Assembly: GCF_015259125.1 (NCBI RefSeq)
Contig: NZ_JABZGR010000005.1
Source of the DNA: Alloprevotella tannerae
GTDB lineage: Bacteria; Bacteroidota; Bacteroidia; Bacteroidales; Bacteroidaceae
Length of the DNA stretch: 64,000 bases
Direction: 5' to 3' (one strand)
A program made the translations under genes and the position numbers. The notes below the pieces were generated by a model. It was not told the DNA's origin. It ran no database searches and saw only the letters and a program-made list of their open reading frames with translations. Position 1 is the first letter of the stretch. Each line of letters starts with the position of its first letter. Below, piece after piece: positions 1 through 9,913 of the stretch.

Positions 1-380
1 TATAAAGGCATCTAAAACACGAGGTCCTTTATAGGTGCCGGGCTTTCCTTGCAATTCGATTTGAAGTTTGTAAGCAAAATCTTTGAAGATGCTACCGCTG
101 GCATAGAGGCGGACGAAGCGGAGGCTGAAAGCGCTGTTGGAGTTTAAGTATCGCTGATCCGTAAGGTCGTATTTGGCCATAATATATCCGCCGAACTTCA
201 CCTTAAAATCAACTTTTTCCGCCAAATCTTTGACTTCGGCGAGGGTGTTGTGAGACGTTTTGGAAGCAATTTCTTCCTTGCTCGTGGAGTCTGTGGGCTG
301 ATGATCAGAAAGGTTAGTAGCTAAAGCGGCGTTACCCATAAAAAGTAGCCCTACTATTAAAGCGTAAAATTTCTTCATAG
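1..380 (-). CDS. Putative outer-membrane porin (OprO/P-like), N-terminal fragment. The gene starts at 378 and runs off the left edge of the window.
   Basis: The minus-strand frame is open from the ATG at 376-378 through position 1. Manual translation gives MKKFYALIVGLLFMGNAALATN... (signal peptide) then ...KFGGYIMAKYDLTDQRYLNS..., which looks like a beta-barrel. It is absent from the ORF track because it is truncated. Confidence 0.35.
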
Positions 381-574
381 ATGATTTGGTTTATTATTAA
401 GAGATTTCTCGACAAAAGTACGGAAAGTTGTGCGAAACACTCCTCATCTGCGTCTCTTTTCTTACATATTTATCCATCAATCTAAAGTATTTTTCGTGTA
501 TAAAAACGTATTTAAGTTTTGAGTTTTGGGCTGTTTCGGCTAATTTTGCAGAGATAAATTTAAAGCTTTAAGAG

Positions 575-1591
575 ATGCAATTGATCAGACTTTTACTCTT
601 GCTCGTATTTAGTTGTGGCTGGTTGACAACAGATGCACTTCCGTTGCGTCCGGATTTAATGTCACCAATTTCTGATGGCTTGCAGCAGTCTGGTAATCGG
701 GTAGAATATATCAATTTTGGAAAGTTGGATCAGTGGGTCACGCGCAACATAAAAGAAAGCGGTATTATTGGTGGTAAAACTAAAGTTATCTACGCTATAG
801 GTCCGACGCAGACGATAAATGGCAATGTTGCATACCTCGGATTAGGAGGTTCGCCGTGGGCTACTTCAAATGTATACGCTCACGTAGTAGGTATTCATAA
901 AGCAAATCTTTCGGTTTGGAAACAACAACGCCCCGGACAAGGCTATTGCGCCAAACTTTATACGCACATAGAGGAATGTAAGGTATTGGGGATTGTAAAT
1001 ATTAAAGTTTTGGCCGCAGGTTCTATCTTCTTAGGCCAAATGATGGAGCCTATTTCCGGAGTATCCAACCCGATGTCTAAGCTTAATTGTGGCGTACGCT
1101 TTACTAAAAAGCCCTCAGCTATTCGTTTCGATTACGCTGTTAAACTTTCAGGACAGCCCAATCGTATTAAGCAAACCGGATTTGGGGGTGCAAAAACTAT
1201 AGCTGGTAAAGACGTAGCCGATTGTATCGTTTATTTGCAAAAAAGATGGGAAGATGCACAGGGGAATGTCTATGCAAAGAGAATCGGAACAATGGTAACG
1301 CGTTTTTCACACAATACAGGATGGGTTAATAATGCGGATTTTACGATCCATTATGGCGACATCACGCATCAACCTTTTTACCAAAGTTATATGGGTTTGA
1401 CTTCGGGCGATGGCCGTCGGTATGCAAAGAACAGCAAAGGAAAGATGGTTCCCATACAAGAAGTCGGATGGGGCAGCGCAACGGATGTGCCGACACATTT
1501 GATTGTACAATTTGATTCCAGTAGCGGCGGCGCATTTATCGGATCAGTCGGTAATACGCTTTGGGTTGACAATATTCGCTTAGTTTACTAA
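575..1591 (+). CDS. Lipoprotein, likely a PCMD (putative carbohydrate metabolism domain) family protein
   Basis: 338-aa ORF. The N-terminus has a lipobox-like LVFSCGW. The family assignment is from memory of Bacteroidota PCMD proteins and is not verified. Confidence 0.35.
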   Translation: MQLIRLLLLLVFSCGWLTTDALPLRPDLMSPISDGLQQSGNRVEYINFGKLDQWVTRNIKESGIIGGKTKVIYAIGPTQTINGNVAYLGLGGSPWATSNVYAHVVGIHKANLSVWKQQRPGQGYCAKLYTHIEECKVLGIVNIKVLAAGSIFLGQMMEPISGVSNPMSKLNCGVRFTKKPSAIRFDYAVKLSGQPNRIKQTGFGGAKTIAGKDVADCIVYLQKRWEDAQGNVYAKRIGTMVTRFSHNTGWVNNADFTIHYGDITHQPFYQSYMGLTSGDGRRYAKNSKGKMVPIQEVGWGSATDVPTHLIVQFDSSSGGAFIGSVGNTLWVDNIRLVY

Positions 1592-1606
1592 TTAGGGCGA
1601 TATAAA

Positions 1607-2506
1607 ATGGAGTCAGCTGCGAAGAAGCCAACAATAGCTTTAGTGCTTTCCTCCGGTGGTGCAAGAGGATACGCCCATATTGGCGCAATAGAAGAACTAC
1701 AGTCTCGTGGATACCATATTTCTTCTATTGCAGGCTGTTCAATGGGCGCATTAGTTGGAGGAATCTATGCTTTAGGTAAGTTAGACGTCTTTCATCGCTG
1801 GTTGTTGGGGCTCAATATGAAGAAAATCTTTGGCCTAACCGACTTCTCCGTCTCTTTAAGTCACTGGATTAAGGGAGAAAAGATTATCAATGCTTTAGCA
1901 GAGTTTGCTCCGGATTGTAAAATCGAAGATTTGGCGCTTCCATATTGCGCAATTGCGACAGACTTAAAGGCTCAGCGCGAAGTCGTATTTGATAAGGGTA
2001 GTTTATATGCCGCTATTCGCGCTTCTATTGCAATGCCTACCTATTTTAGTCCGCTCCGGACGAAATCAATGCTCTTGGTTGATGGCGGTATTTCAAACCC
2101 GCTTCCTTTAAATCGCGTAAAAAGAACGCCCGGAGACTTATTGGTCGCGATCAATGCCAGTGCGCCTTTCGATGAGTCTTATGAACGGCGGAGAATGCAG
2201 GCACTCAATCAAAAGAGTGCGCAGAACGGATTTATGAACCTTCGAGAGTCGTTAGGTTTTGGTGCATCTAATGATGCAGAACATTCAGATCGCTCTAATT
2301 ACGTCTCTTTGATTGCTGATTCAATTCATACTTTGATACAGCAACATTCGAGTTTGCAGATGAAATTAACCCCTCCCGACGTCCTTGTTTCCATTCCGAT
2401 AAATCGATTTGTCGGGTTTTCTTATGATAAGCCACAAAAGATTATTCATTACGGTCGGAGATTGATGAAGCATGCTTTGGACGATTATGAGGCTAAAGCG
2501 AAATAA
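1607..2506 (+). CDS. Patatin-like phospholipase
   Basis: GGARGYAHIG oxyanion/Gly-rich motif, GCSMG (GxSxG nucleophile elbow) and VDGG (catalytic Asp). Confidence 0.8.
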   Translation: MESAAKKPTIALVLSSGGARGYAHIGAIEELQSRGYHISSIAGCSMGALVGGIYALGKLDVFHRWLLGLNMKKIFGLTDFSVSLSHWIKGEKIINALAEFAPDCKIEDLALPYCAIATDLKAQREVVFDKGSLYAAIRASIAMPTYFSPLRTKSMLLVDGGISNPLPLNRVKRTPGDLLVAINASAPFDESYERRRMQALNQKSAQNGFMNLRESLGFGASNDAEHSDRSNYVSLIADSIHTLIQQHSSLQMKLTPPDVLVSIPINRFVGFSYDKPQKIIHYGRRLMKHALDDYEAKAK

Positions 2507-2511
2507 AATAT

Positions 2512-2548
2512 AAACGGCTCGAATCAGTTCGAGCCGTTTATATTTTTT
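2512..2548. terminator. Bidirectional rho-independent terminator between the patatin gene (+) and dnaG (-)
   Basis: aaacggctcgaa-tcag-ttcgagccgttt is a 12-bp perfect stem, followed by a T-run (atattttttg). Confidence 0.65.
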
Positions 2549-2578
2549 GTGTATGAAGGCCAAGAAGCGCGACACCAA

Positions 2579-4513
2579 TTAAAAAGGTTGAATCACGATA
2601 CCTCCAACGGCGTTTCCTAACGATTTTAAAATCTCGGCGTATATCTTGTGCTGCTCCATCAAATTTCTGCAATTCTCATAATCTTTTGCTTGCATAAGTT
2701 TTGTCATTTCCTCTTCTATTTTCTTCAATTCGTTTTTGAAGAATCTGTATTTGTATTCCAATAAGATGTGCACTACAGTTTCCTGCAAGCCTTTCTCATG
2801 CTCGATTTCTGCTTTCGTAAGTTTTTCTGAGGCAGTGGTGAGTTGCATAGCCAAAGCATTGATGTCAGCATCCGGATGATTGATAAAATAGTCGCGTGCT
2901 ACAAAGTCTTTCTGCGCAACCTCCTTTTGTGCCTCGTCAATAATCTTTTGGTGCAAAGGATTTTGGAGTTTGATATTATCAGCTACCAGATCTTCGGCAA
3001 TAAACGTTATAATGCTTTTTTCTTCAGTCTCTCCGTGCTTGTTAGCGAAGCGCAATTTTTGTTCGCCAACGCAAATAATTTCGCGAATCAAGGCACGTTC
3101 CTGTTCTTCGCCCGCTTTTAGCGTCAGCGTATTAATACTTTCCGCAATGCTTGTTGTCTTTTGAGGGCTTCCTGCATTGTTTTGCTGTCGATCAGTCCCT
3201 TTTATGCGCTCCTCTTTTCTAATTTTAGCGGCCTCACTCAAGATCAACTGCTCATCAATGTCCATCAATTTAGCACACTCCCGCGCATAAGTTTGCCGAG
3301 TTATCCCATTGGGTACGATTGCTATCGAGCGAATAATGTCGCTGACCGATTCTGATCTCTTTATCGGGTCATCGGCCGTTTCTTTGATAAGCATAGCGGC
3401 CTTAAAGCGTATAAAATCAACCGCCTCAGCTTGCAGATAAGCTCTAAAACTTTCGGCAGAATGCTTCCGCGCAAAGCTATCGGGGTCTTCGCCATTTGGA
3501 AGTGTAAGCACTTTGATGTTTAATCCCTCTTTTAGCAATAGATCAATGCCTCGCAAACTTGCATGAATGCCTGCTGCATCGCCATCATATAATACGACAA
3601 TGTTAGATGTGAAGCGATGAAGCAAACGAATCTGCCCCTCAGTGAGCGATGTGCCGCTCGAAGCTACGACATTTTCTATACCACTTTGGTGCATAGCGAT
3701 CACGTCCATATAGCCTTCGACCAAGTAGCACGCATCTTCCTTGACGATAGCCTTCTTTGCAAAATACAAACCATAGAGTTCGCGGCTTTTGTCGTAGATA
3801 ACAGACTCGGGCGAATTGATATATTTCCCGACATTCTTGTTCTGCTGCATGATGCGCCCACCAAAGCCGATAACCCTTCCTGATACGGAATGGATAGGGA
3901 AGATGATTCTATCGTGGTATCTGTCGCGTAGTTGATGATTGTCGGTCTCAAAGCACAAACCGGTTTGTACAAGCAGATCTTTGCTGTAACCTTTACTGAG
4001 GGCCGTTTGCGCTAAAGCATCTCTGCTCGGAGAACTATAGCCTAAATGAAACTTTTGAATGATATCATCTCGCAATCCACGTTGGCGAAGATAGGATAGA
4101 CCGATGGCTTGTCCGTCTTTACTCTCATGTAAGAGGTTAGAAAAATAGCTGCAAGCCCACTCGTTGAGGACCAGCATGCTTTCTCGCATCGAAATGCTCT
4201 TTTGCTCCTCTGCGCTAAGCTCTTTTTCTTTAACCTCTATGCCATATTTTTTAGCTAAAGTCTTGATTGCTTCAGGATAAGTTAGCTGTTCGATCTCCAT
4301 AAGGAAGTGAACCGCGTTTCCTCCTTTTCCGCAACCGAAACATTTGCATAGCTGTTTGGTCGGGGAAACTACAAAACTCGGCGTCTTCTCATTATGAAAA
4401 GGACATAAACCTTTTAAATTGACGCCGGCTTTACGCAGTGTAACGTAATCTTTGACTACATCTACGATGTCGGCAGCGTCCATCACGCGCTGAATGGTTT
4501 GTCTATCAATCAT
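2579..4513 (-). CDS. dnaG: DNA primase DnaG
   Basis: CPFHNEKTPSF zinc-binding motif, TOPRIM EGYMDVIA...DGDAAG, 644 aa. Confidence 0.9.
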   Translation of the reverse strand: MIDRQTIQRVMDAADIVDVVKDYVTLRKAGVNLKGLCPFHNEKTPSFVVSPTKQLCKCFGCGKGGNAVHFLMEIEQLTYPEAIKTLAKKYGIEVKEKELSAEEQKSISMRESMLVLNEWACSYFSNLLHESKDGQAIGLSYLRQRGLRDDIIQKFHLGYSSPSRDALAQTALSKGYSKDLLVQTGLCFETDNHQLRDRYHDRIIFPIHSVSGRVIGFGGRIMQQNKNVGKYINSPESVIYDKSRELYGLYFAKKAIVKEDACYLVEGYMDVIAMHQSGIENVVASSGTSLTEGQIRLLHRFTSNIVVLYDGDAAGIHASLRGIDLLLKEGLNIKVLTLPNGEDPDSFARKHSAESFRAYLQAEAVDFIRFKAAMLIKETADDPIKRSESVSDIIRSIAIVPNGITRQTYARECAKLMDIDEQLILSEAAKIRKEERIKGTDRQQNNAGSPQKTTSIAESINTLTLKAGEEQERALIREIICVGEQKLRFANKHGETEEKSIITFIAEDLVADNIKLQNPLHQKIIDEAQKEVAQKDFVARDYFINHPDADINALAMQLTTASEKLTKAEIEHEKGLQETVVHILLEYKYRFFKNELKKIEEEMTKLMQAKDYENCRNLMEQHKIYAEILKSLGNAVGGIVIQPF

Positions 4514-4707
4514 AGCCTTGCAAAGATACGTAATTTATTGCGGTTTAATCCGGAACTTGCCGGTGAATAGGAGAGGGCGGTTGTTGATTTTGAGTTGTTA
4601 TGGCCTCATTGCGAACAATTTTATCTGGAAAAGTTTGTGAGGAAAATAGATTTTGAGCGGTGATAAATCTCGCTTTTTCTTTAGCAATGCCGGATGTGTT
4701 TTCGTTT

Positions 4708-4790
4708 GCTGGCGCCAAACTATCGTTTGCCGGCGGCAAACTATGGCTTGCCGGGACCAAACTATGGTTTGGTGGGAGCAAACCAAAATT
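4708..4790. repeat. Tandem 21-bp repeat, about 3.5 units (caaactatNgNttgccggNgg)
   Basis: ccaaactatcgtttgccggcgg / caaactatggcttgccgggac / caaactatggtttggtgggag / caaacc, seen directly. It lies in the dnaG-to-glucosaminidase intergenic region. Confidence 0.7.
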
Positions 4791-5029
4791 AGTGCAGATT
4801 GCCTGTTTCAAATCAGATACAGCTGTGTTTATGAAGCGCCTTTTTAGCTTATAATATCCCCATTTCTGCTTTGTATGATAAGAAAAACGCGCATAATTAT
4901 CAAAGGAAATTGCTGAAATCGTGGGGATTGTGTATCTTTGCCACGAAGGCAGTTGCCATATTTTTATATATAATGTGATGCTTTTGCCTACTTTATTTGG
5001 AAAAGAATCAGTAGAAGAAAAAGAAAAGA

Positions 5030-5950
5030 ATGAAACGTTTGGTGTTAAGTTTGATTGTCGCGACTTTGTTTGGTATTACGTCTGCACAACGTACGATTTA
5101 CGAACAGTATATTGATAAATACAAGCACGCAGCCGTAGAGCAGATGCATAAATATGGGATACCTGCCAGTATCACATTGGCGCAAGGACTGCTAGAAAGC
5201 GGGGCCGGCACAAGCATGTTGGCCGTTAGCGGCAATAATCATTTTGGTATTAAGGCTGGAAATACGTGGACGGGACCTTATTTATTGAAGGACGATGATC
5301 TGCCTCAAGAGCGCTTCCGTAAATATAACTCCGCAAGTGAGTCGTATGAGGACCATTCGCTCTTCTTAACCACACGCCCGAGATATGCTTCTTTGTTTAA
5401 GTTGCCGCCTACTGATTACCGTTCATGGGCTTATGGACTTAAAAAAGCCGGCTACGCGACAAATCCAAGATATGCAGAGAGTTTGATAGGCTTGATCGAA
5501 ACCTACAACTTGCAGCAGTATGACAATAAGCATGAGAAAAAAGGCCTGTTGCAAGATTTTAAAGACTTCCTGCATAAGATTGTACCCGTAGACGTGACCC
5601 AAACGGGTCTGCCGATAAAGCGATGCAATGAAAACTATTATTTAGTGGCGCGCTCGGGCGACTCATACGCGTCGATTGCACAGGCAATCGGGATTAAAGA
5701 AAAAAAGTTGCGGAAGTATAATGAAGTTGATTCAGATATGCCGCTGTCAGTTGGCGATATTGTTTTCTTGGAAAAGAAGAAAACTCACGTTTATTCTCAA
5801 TTAAGAGGCAAATATCATACAATTGCTGCCGGCGAATCGATGCACAGCATAGCGCAATCGTATGGCGTAAAATTAAGTGCACTATATAAGGCGAATAATC
5901 TGCCTTCCGGCTATCTCCCACGCGTAGGTGAGCGCTTGCTGCTGGATTAA
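5030..5950 (+). CDS. Secreted glucosaminidase (mannosyl-glycoprotein endo-beta-N-acetylglucosaminidase domain) with two C-terminal LysM domains
   Basis: Signal peptide. LAQGLLESGAGTS...NNHFGIK is the glucosaminidase/FlgJ-like motif. Two LysM-like segments (YYLVARSGDSYASIAQAIGI... and YHTIAAGESMHSIAQSYGV...). Confidence 0.75.
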   Translation: MKRLVLSLIVATLFGITSAQRTIYEQYIDKYKHAAVEQMHKYGIPASITLAQGLLESGAGTSMLAVSGNNHFGIKAGNTWTGPYLLKDDDLPQERFRKYNSASESYEDHSLFLTTRPRYASLFKLPPTDYRSWAYGLKKAGYATNPRYAESLIGLIETYNLQQYDNKHEKKGLLQDFKDFLHKIVPVDVTQTGLPIKRCNENYYLVARSGDSYASIAQAIGIKEKKLRKYNEVDSDMPLSVGDIVFLEKKKTHVYSQLRGKYHTIAAGESMHSIAQSYGVKLSALYKANNLPSGYLPRVGERLLLD

Positions 5951-6169
5951 CGTAGGCAGAAAATATGTGTGGCGTAGCGTTCTTTTGAGAAAAAATGCCT
6001 TAGGAAACATAATTTTTTGATAAGATTTCCGTTATATGGCTAACGAAGTTCGTAACTTCTGCGCGTTGGAATCGTCAGTTAATAAAGCGATGAGCAATTA
6101 AAAGCAATCAAGACTCATCCTGTGGAAGAAATAATAAAATAGATTGGTAAATATATAAGATAAAGCATT

Positions 6170-7255
6170 ATGAAAAAGTCTCTTTTCCTGATAAGCATGT
6201 TTGCTATTGGCCTCTTAAGTGGCTATGCGCAAGATGATGTTTACTTTGTTCCTAAAAAAGGGAGCAAGGTCGTAGAAGATCAAGAGGAGCTTAGCTCTTC
6301 TTATCGCCAACTTCCTGCACAATCTTCTGAACAAGATGGATGGTATTCGAACCGTCGCGTAAATCGCGATGTGGATGCTTATAACCGTCGCAAAGCAAAT
6401 GCAAATGACTCTTCGACTTTGAAACAGCAACGTTGTTACGAGGACGAAGAAGATAATGGGTATTATACCGAACGCTTGATTCGCTTCCACGCTCCCGGCG
6501 GCGTAATCGTTACGAGTCCTTATTATTGGGATTATTGCGACTATTATGTAGATCCGTTCTATTATTATGATCCATGGTATTGGAGAACGAATTGGTATAT
6601 TGGGGGACGTCCTTGGGGATGGAGTAGCTGGTATTCTTGGAGTCCTTGGCCTAGTTGGTACGGATATTATGGTCCTTGGTATGGATATTACAATTCTTGG
6701 TATGGTTACTATAATCCTTGGTATGATTGGGGATGGAATCGAGGCTGGAACAACTGGGGCTACCGCGAGAGTTATCGAGGCTCTTGGGGAGGTAGAGGCT
6801 CTAATGTGAATAACTCAGCTGCGAATACGAATGGTAGATCTTATGCCGGTAACTTTGGACGCTCTGACTCGAATGGACGCCAAACCGGTTGGTCTAATCG
6901 CACATTCCAAGGTGCAGATACATATAATAATGGTGGCCGAAGCTTCTCTGGTTCTATACGTTGGAACAATACGAACAATAGGACTTTACCAAATCGCTCT
7001 TTCAATGGCGATAATGGCTCGAGATCCAATCAAGGACAATCTGTAGATGGACGCCGTTTCGGTAATGGCTCTTCTACACGCGTTACGCCAACAAGTCCGG
7101 CGCGCACATTTGAAAGTCAGCCTTCCAACACAAGAACTTTCCAAGGCGGAGGCAATCGTAGTTTTGGCGGAGGCGGAACAGTTTCAAGCGGAAGTAATCG
7201 CAGCTTTGGTGGAGGTGGTACCGGCGGAGGCCGTAGCTTTGGCGGCCGTCGTTAA
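6170..7255 (+). CDS. Secreted low-complexity protein: Trp/Tyr-rich core followed by a Gly/Asn/Ser/Arg-rich tail with repeated xR(S/T)FxG motifs
   Basis: Sec signal MKKSLFLISMFAIGLLSGYAQ. The core runs YYWDYCDYYVDPFYYYDPWYWRTNWY...SWYGYYGPWYGYYNSWYGYYNPWYDWGWNRGWNNWGY. About 10 repeats follow, such as NRSFGGGGT and GRSFGGRR. No homology is recognised. Confidence 0.6.
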   Translation: MKKSLFLISMFAIGLLSGYAQDDVYFVPKKGSKVVEDQEELSSSYRQLPAQSSEQDGWYSNRRVNRDVDAYNRRKANANDSSTLKQQRCYEDEEDNGYYTERLIRFHAPGGVIVTSPYYWDYCDYYVDPFYYYDPWYWRTNWYIGGRPWGWSSWYSWSPWPSWYGYYGPWYGYYNSWYGYYNPWYDWGWNRGWNNWGYRESYRGSWGGRGSNVNNSAANTNGRSYAGNFGRSDSNGRQTGWSNRTFQGADTYNNGGRSFSGSIRWNNTNNRTLPNRSFNGDNGSRSNQGQSVDGRRFGNGSSTRVTPTSPARTFESQPSNTRTFQGGGNRSFGGGGTVSSGSNRSFGGGGTGGGRSFGGRR

Positions 7256-7341
7256 ATATAATGAGTTCAAACATTTGATTGCGTTCGGCTCAGTGTGAAA
7301 AGACGGAGCCGAGTGCTAATTTTGAAATTTACATATTCAGT

Positions 7342-8931
7342 ATGAAACGCAAGTATTTTCTATACGCATTTGCTCTCACAGTCTTGCCTCTTCAAGCGCA
7401 GGATATCTATAAGGTGGAGCAGTTTTCCGGAGAAGATCTTAACGGAACAGCTCGCTTTGTCGGTATGGGTGGAGCTATGAATGCACTTGGTGCAGACTTA
7501 TCAGCTATAGGCACAAACCCGGCATCTATCGGTTTGTTTCGACGTAACGATGTGTCTTTGTCAGGTAGCGTGACTACGCAACCTAATGCGCTTAGCCTAT
7601 ACAATATTGATAAATCTCGCGCGAGTTTTGACCAACTGGGCTTTGTTTATTCTACACGCATTGGTGGTTCTTCTATAAAGTATCTTAACTTTGGATTCAA
7701 TTATCAAAAGCGCCGTAACTTCAAGAGCTTTATTGGTCTTGATGGCGTAGATTTAGGTGGCCTCTCTCAATCTATGGAGATGGCTAATTTAGGTTCAATT
7801 TATGGTAAAGCAAAAGGCGATTTAGCTAAACGGCAAACTTATGTCTCCCCAATAGCAGAAGTTGGCTATTTAGGCTATCTTATAGATCCGGATGCCAGTG
7901 GTAATCTTAAGCCGGTAAATGCTACGAAGGCCTATTATCAAAGAGCGCAGCACGGAGGCATTCAACAGTACGATTTTAATGTATCAATGAATTATAAGGA
8001 TCGAATTTTCGCGGGCTTGACCTTTGGCTTCTACAATGTAAATATGAACTCATATACCTTGTATTCCGAAGATATTTTAGATCCTGGAGGTTCTGGTCAG
8101 ACGCAACCTTATAAAATGTCTAATGAGCAAGCACTTACTGGAAATGGATTTGATGTAAAGGCCGGCGTAATCTTCCGTCCGGTGGAGAATGACCCATTTA
8201 GAATAGGATTTTCTGTTTCTACGCCTATATGGTTCAGTCTTACCGGCAACAATCTCTTGCTGACTCATTCTCCATTTACTAAGCCAACGGAAAAAGATCC
8301 AGGTTATGCGACGGATGATTTTGATTATAACATTCGCACCCCTTGGAAATTCAATATCAGTTTAGGTACAACTGTTGGCAATTTCTTGGCTTTGGATGCA
8401 GAATACGAGTATAAAGACTATAGTGGCTCAAGCATTAGTTATCCTGATTACAATTCTCTCGATCCTTGGACTGGTATTTCAAACAATTATCAAGATAAGG
8501 CGTTAAAAGGAGAGATTAATCGTTACCTTAAAGGCGTGAGTACGTTCCGTCTTGGTGCGGAGGCGCGTTTTGCACCTGGCTGGTTTGCACGCTTAGGTTA
8601 TAACTATGTGTCCTCTCCGTTCAGCAAAGATGCCTTTTTGAACCTTTTCCCGAATGCGGGAACTTCTTATGGCGACAGCGAATCTATTTTGTATCAAACG
8701 GGAACTGATTATGTGAATCTTGGGGATATCAATCGCTTTACTTGTGGCTTAGGATGGCATGACAAGTCCTTCTATGTAGATCTTGCCTACCAATATCAAG
8801 CACAAAAGGGTGACCTTTATTTCTTCCAAGTGCCTGTAAATAGTACAGAGTATAGAACAAATGCATTAAAACCTCAAAAGATTGACCTGAATCGTCACAA
8901 TGTTTTGCTGACATTTGGCTTCAAATTCTGA
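7342..8931 (+). CDS. Outer-membrane beta-barrel protein, FadL/OmpP1-like (long-chain hydrophobic compound transport family)
   Basis: Signal peptide MKRKYFLYAFALTVLPLQAQ. The N-terminal motif FSGEDLNGTARFVGMGGAMNALGADLSAIGTNPASIGLF resembles the FadL NPA-hatch region. It ends with an aromatic-rich beta-strand (LLTFGFKF). The ORF-track start at 7279 is probably upstream of the true start. Confidence 0.5.
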   Translation: MKRKYFLYAFALTVLPLQAQDIYKVEQFSGEDLNGTARFVGMGGAMNALGADLSAIGTNPASIGLFRRNDVSLSGSVTTQPNALSLYNIDKSRASFDQLGFVYSTRIGGSSIKYLNFGFNYQKRRNFKSFIGLDGVDLGGLSQSMEMANLGSIYGKAKGDLAKRQTYVSPIAEVGYLGYLIDPDASGNLKPVNATKAYYQRAQHGGIQQYDFNVSMNYKDRIFAGLTFGFYNVNMNSYTLYSEDILDPGGSGQTQPYKMSNEQALTGNGFDVKAGVIFRPVENDPFRIGFSVSTPIWFSLTGNNLLLTHSPFTKPTEKDPGYATDDFDYNIRTPWKFNISLGTTVGNFLALDAEYEYKDYSGSSISYPDYNSLDPWTGISNNYQDKALKGEINRYLKGVSTFRLGAEARFAPGWFARLGYNYVSSPFSKDAFLNLFPNAGTSYGDSESILYQTGTDYVNLGDINRFTCGLGWHDKSFYVDLAYQYQAQKGDLYFFQVPVNSTEYRTNALKPQKIDLNRHNVLLTFGFKF

Positions 8932-8940
8932 TCATATTAT

Positions 8941-8984
8941 AAATAAAGCGCGCTACTTCTTCAGCAAGTAGCGCGCTTTATTTA
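8941..8984. terminator. Bidirectional terminator between the OMP gene (+) and prmA (-)
   Basis: aaataaagcgcgctact-tcttcagca-agtagcgcgctttattt has a perfect stem of about 17 bp flanked by A/T runs. Confidence 0.7.
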
Positions 8985-9004
8985 TGGCACAAATCAGGGT
9001 TTTG

Positions 9005-9862
9005 CTATTCGATGCGTTGAAATACAGCGCAACACCAAAGCCTTTCATCCGTGGCCGTTATAAGTTTAAGACCAAGACTTTCCGCTTTTTCTTTTATTCG
9101 TGGCAAATCATCTAAGTAAAAGCCGCTTGTCAGGAAATATCCGTTAGGATTCAGTCGCTCAATATAGTCCGGCATATCATTTAGAATCACATTCAAGTGA
9201 ATATTTGCCAAGATAACGTCAAATGGACCTTTATCTTTCAATCCCGCAGCATCACCGAGTAAAACCTCGATATTGTTAATATGATTCAGGGCCAAGTTTT
9301 CCATAGCGTTATTCACGCACCATTCATCAATATCTATCGCCATGCAATTATCAGCTCCCTTCATGGCTGCAAGAATAGCCAACAGACCGGTGCCGCATCC
9401 CATATCTAAAACCTTTTTACCCTTTAGATCCAACGACAAGATTGCTTTAAGCATCTGCGAAGTCGTCTCATGATGTCCCGTTCCAAAGGACATTTTCGGG
9501 TTAATGATGATGTTGAACTTCGCTTGTGGGATATTCTGATGAAAAGGAGCCGCCACGACACACTGATCACCAATGACCAATGGTTCAAAGTAATTCTTTT
9601 CCCACACCTCGTTCCAATCTTTATCCTCGGCTTCTTGATATGTATAGCTTATATCAACGTCTGGTAGTGGAAAGTCTGCTATACAGTTCTTTAAGTCCGT
9701 TTCCCTAAAGTCTTTAACGGGAATATATCCCTTCATTTGTTCATCCGGTGCAGTCGACTTTACGAAAGAATCAAAGCCAATCTCACCCAGTAAATCGATC
9801 AATACATCCTCAAAGTCCGAACTCTGAGGCGTCAGCTTAAAAGTAAACTCTAAATATCTCAT
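9005..9862 (-). CDS. prmA: Ribosomal protein L11 methyltransferase
   Basis: SAM-binding motif VLDMGCGTGLLAI. Size and N-terminal domain are typical of PrmA. Confidence 0.8.
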   Translation of the reverse strand: MRYLEFTFKLTPQSSDFEDVLIDLLGEIGFDSFVKSTAPDEQMKGYIPVKDFRETDLKNCIADFPLPDVDISYTYQEAEDKDWNEVWEKNYFEPLVIGDQCVVAAPFHQNIPQAKFNIIINPKMSFGTGHHETTSQMLKAILSLDLKGKKVLDMGCGTGLLAILAAMKGADNCMAIDIDEWCVNNAMENLALNHINNIEVLLGDAAGLKDKGPFDVILANIHLNVILNDMPDYIERLNPNGYFLTSGFYLDDLPRIKEKAESLGLKLITATDERLWCCAVFQRIE

Positions 9863-9913
9863 AATGTCGTTGTTTAGAAGGGTAGTGTACGGAAAACCAG
9901 TGACGAATCCTTA

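Noticed and set aside
2843-3972. Multiple antisense ORFs of 60-90 aa inside dnaG, and similar ones inside purL, uvrB, ftsK and others
   Set aside because: They are entirely nested antisense to strongly supported long genes and are typical six-frame noise.
4545-4854. Four overlapping 60-90-aa ORFs on both strands over the 21-bp tandem repeats
   Set aside because: The repetitive peptide sequences come directly from the DNA repeat. There is no start context and the ORFs overlap each other. They are judged spurious.
6340-6360. A GGTTCGAAT-like string that could hint at a tRNA T-arm
   Set aside because: It lies inside the 6170-7255 CDS. It is not the GGTTCGAATCC consensus and has no acceptor stem or anticodon-arm context. 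No tRNA was found in the window.
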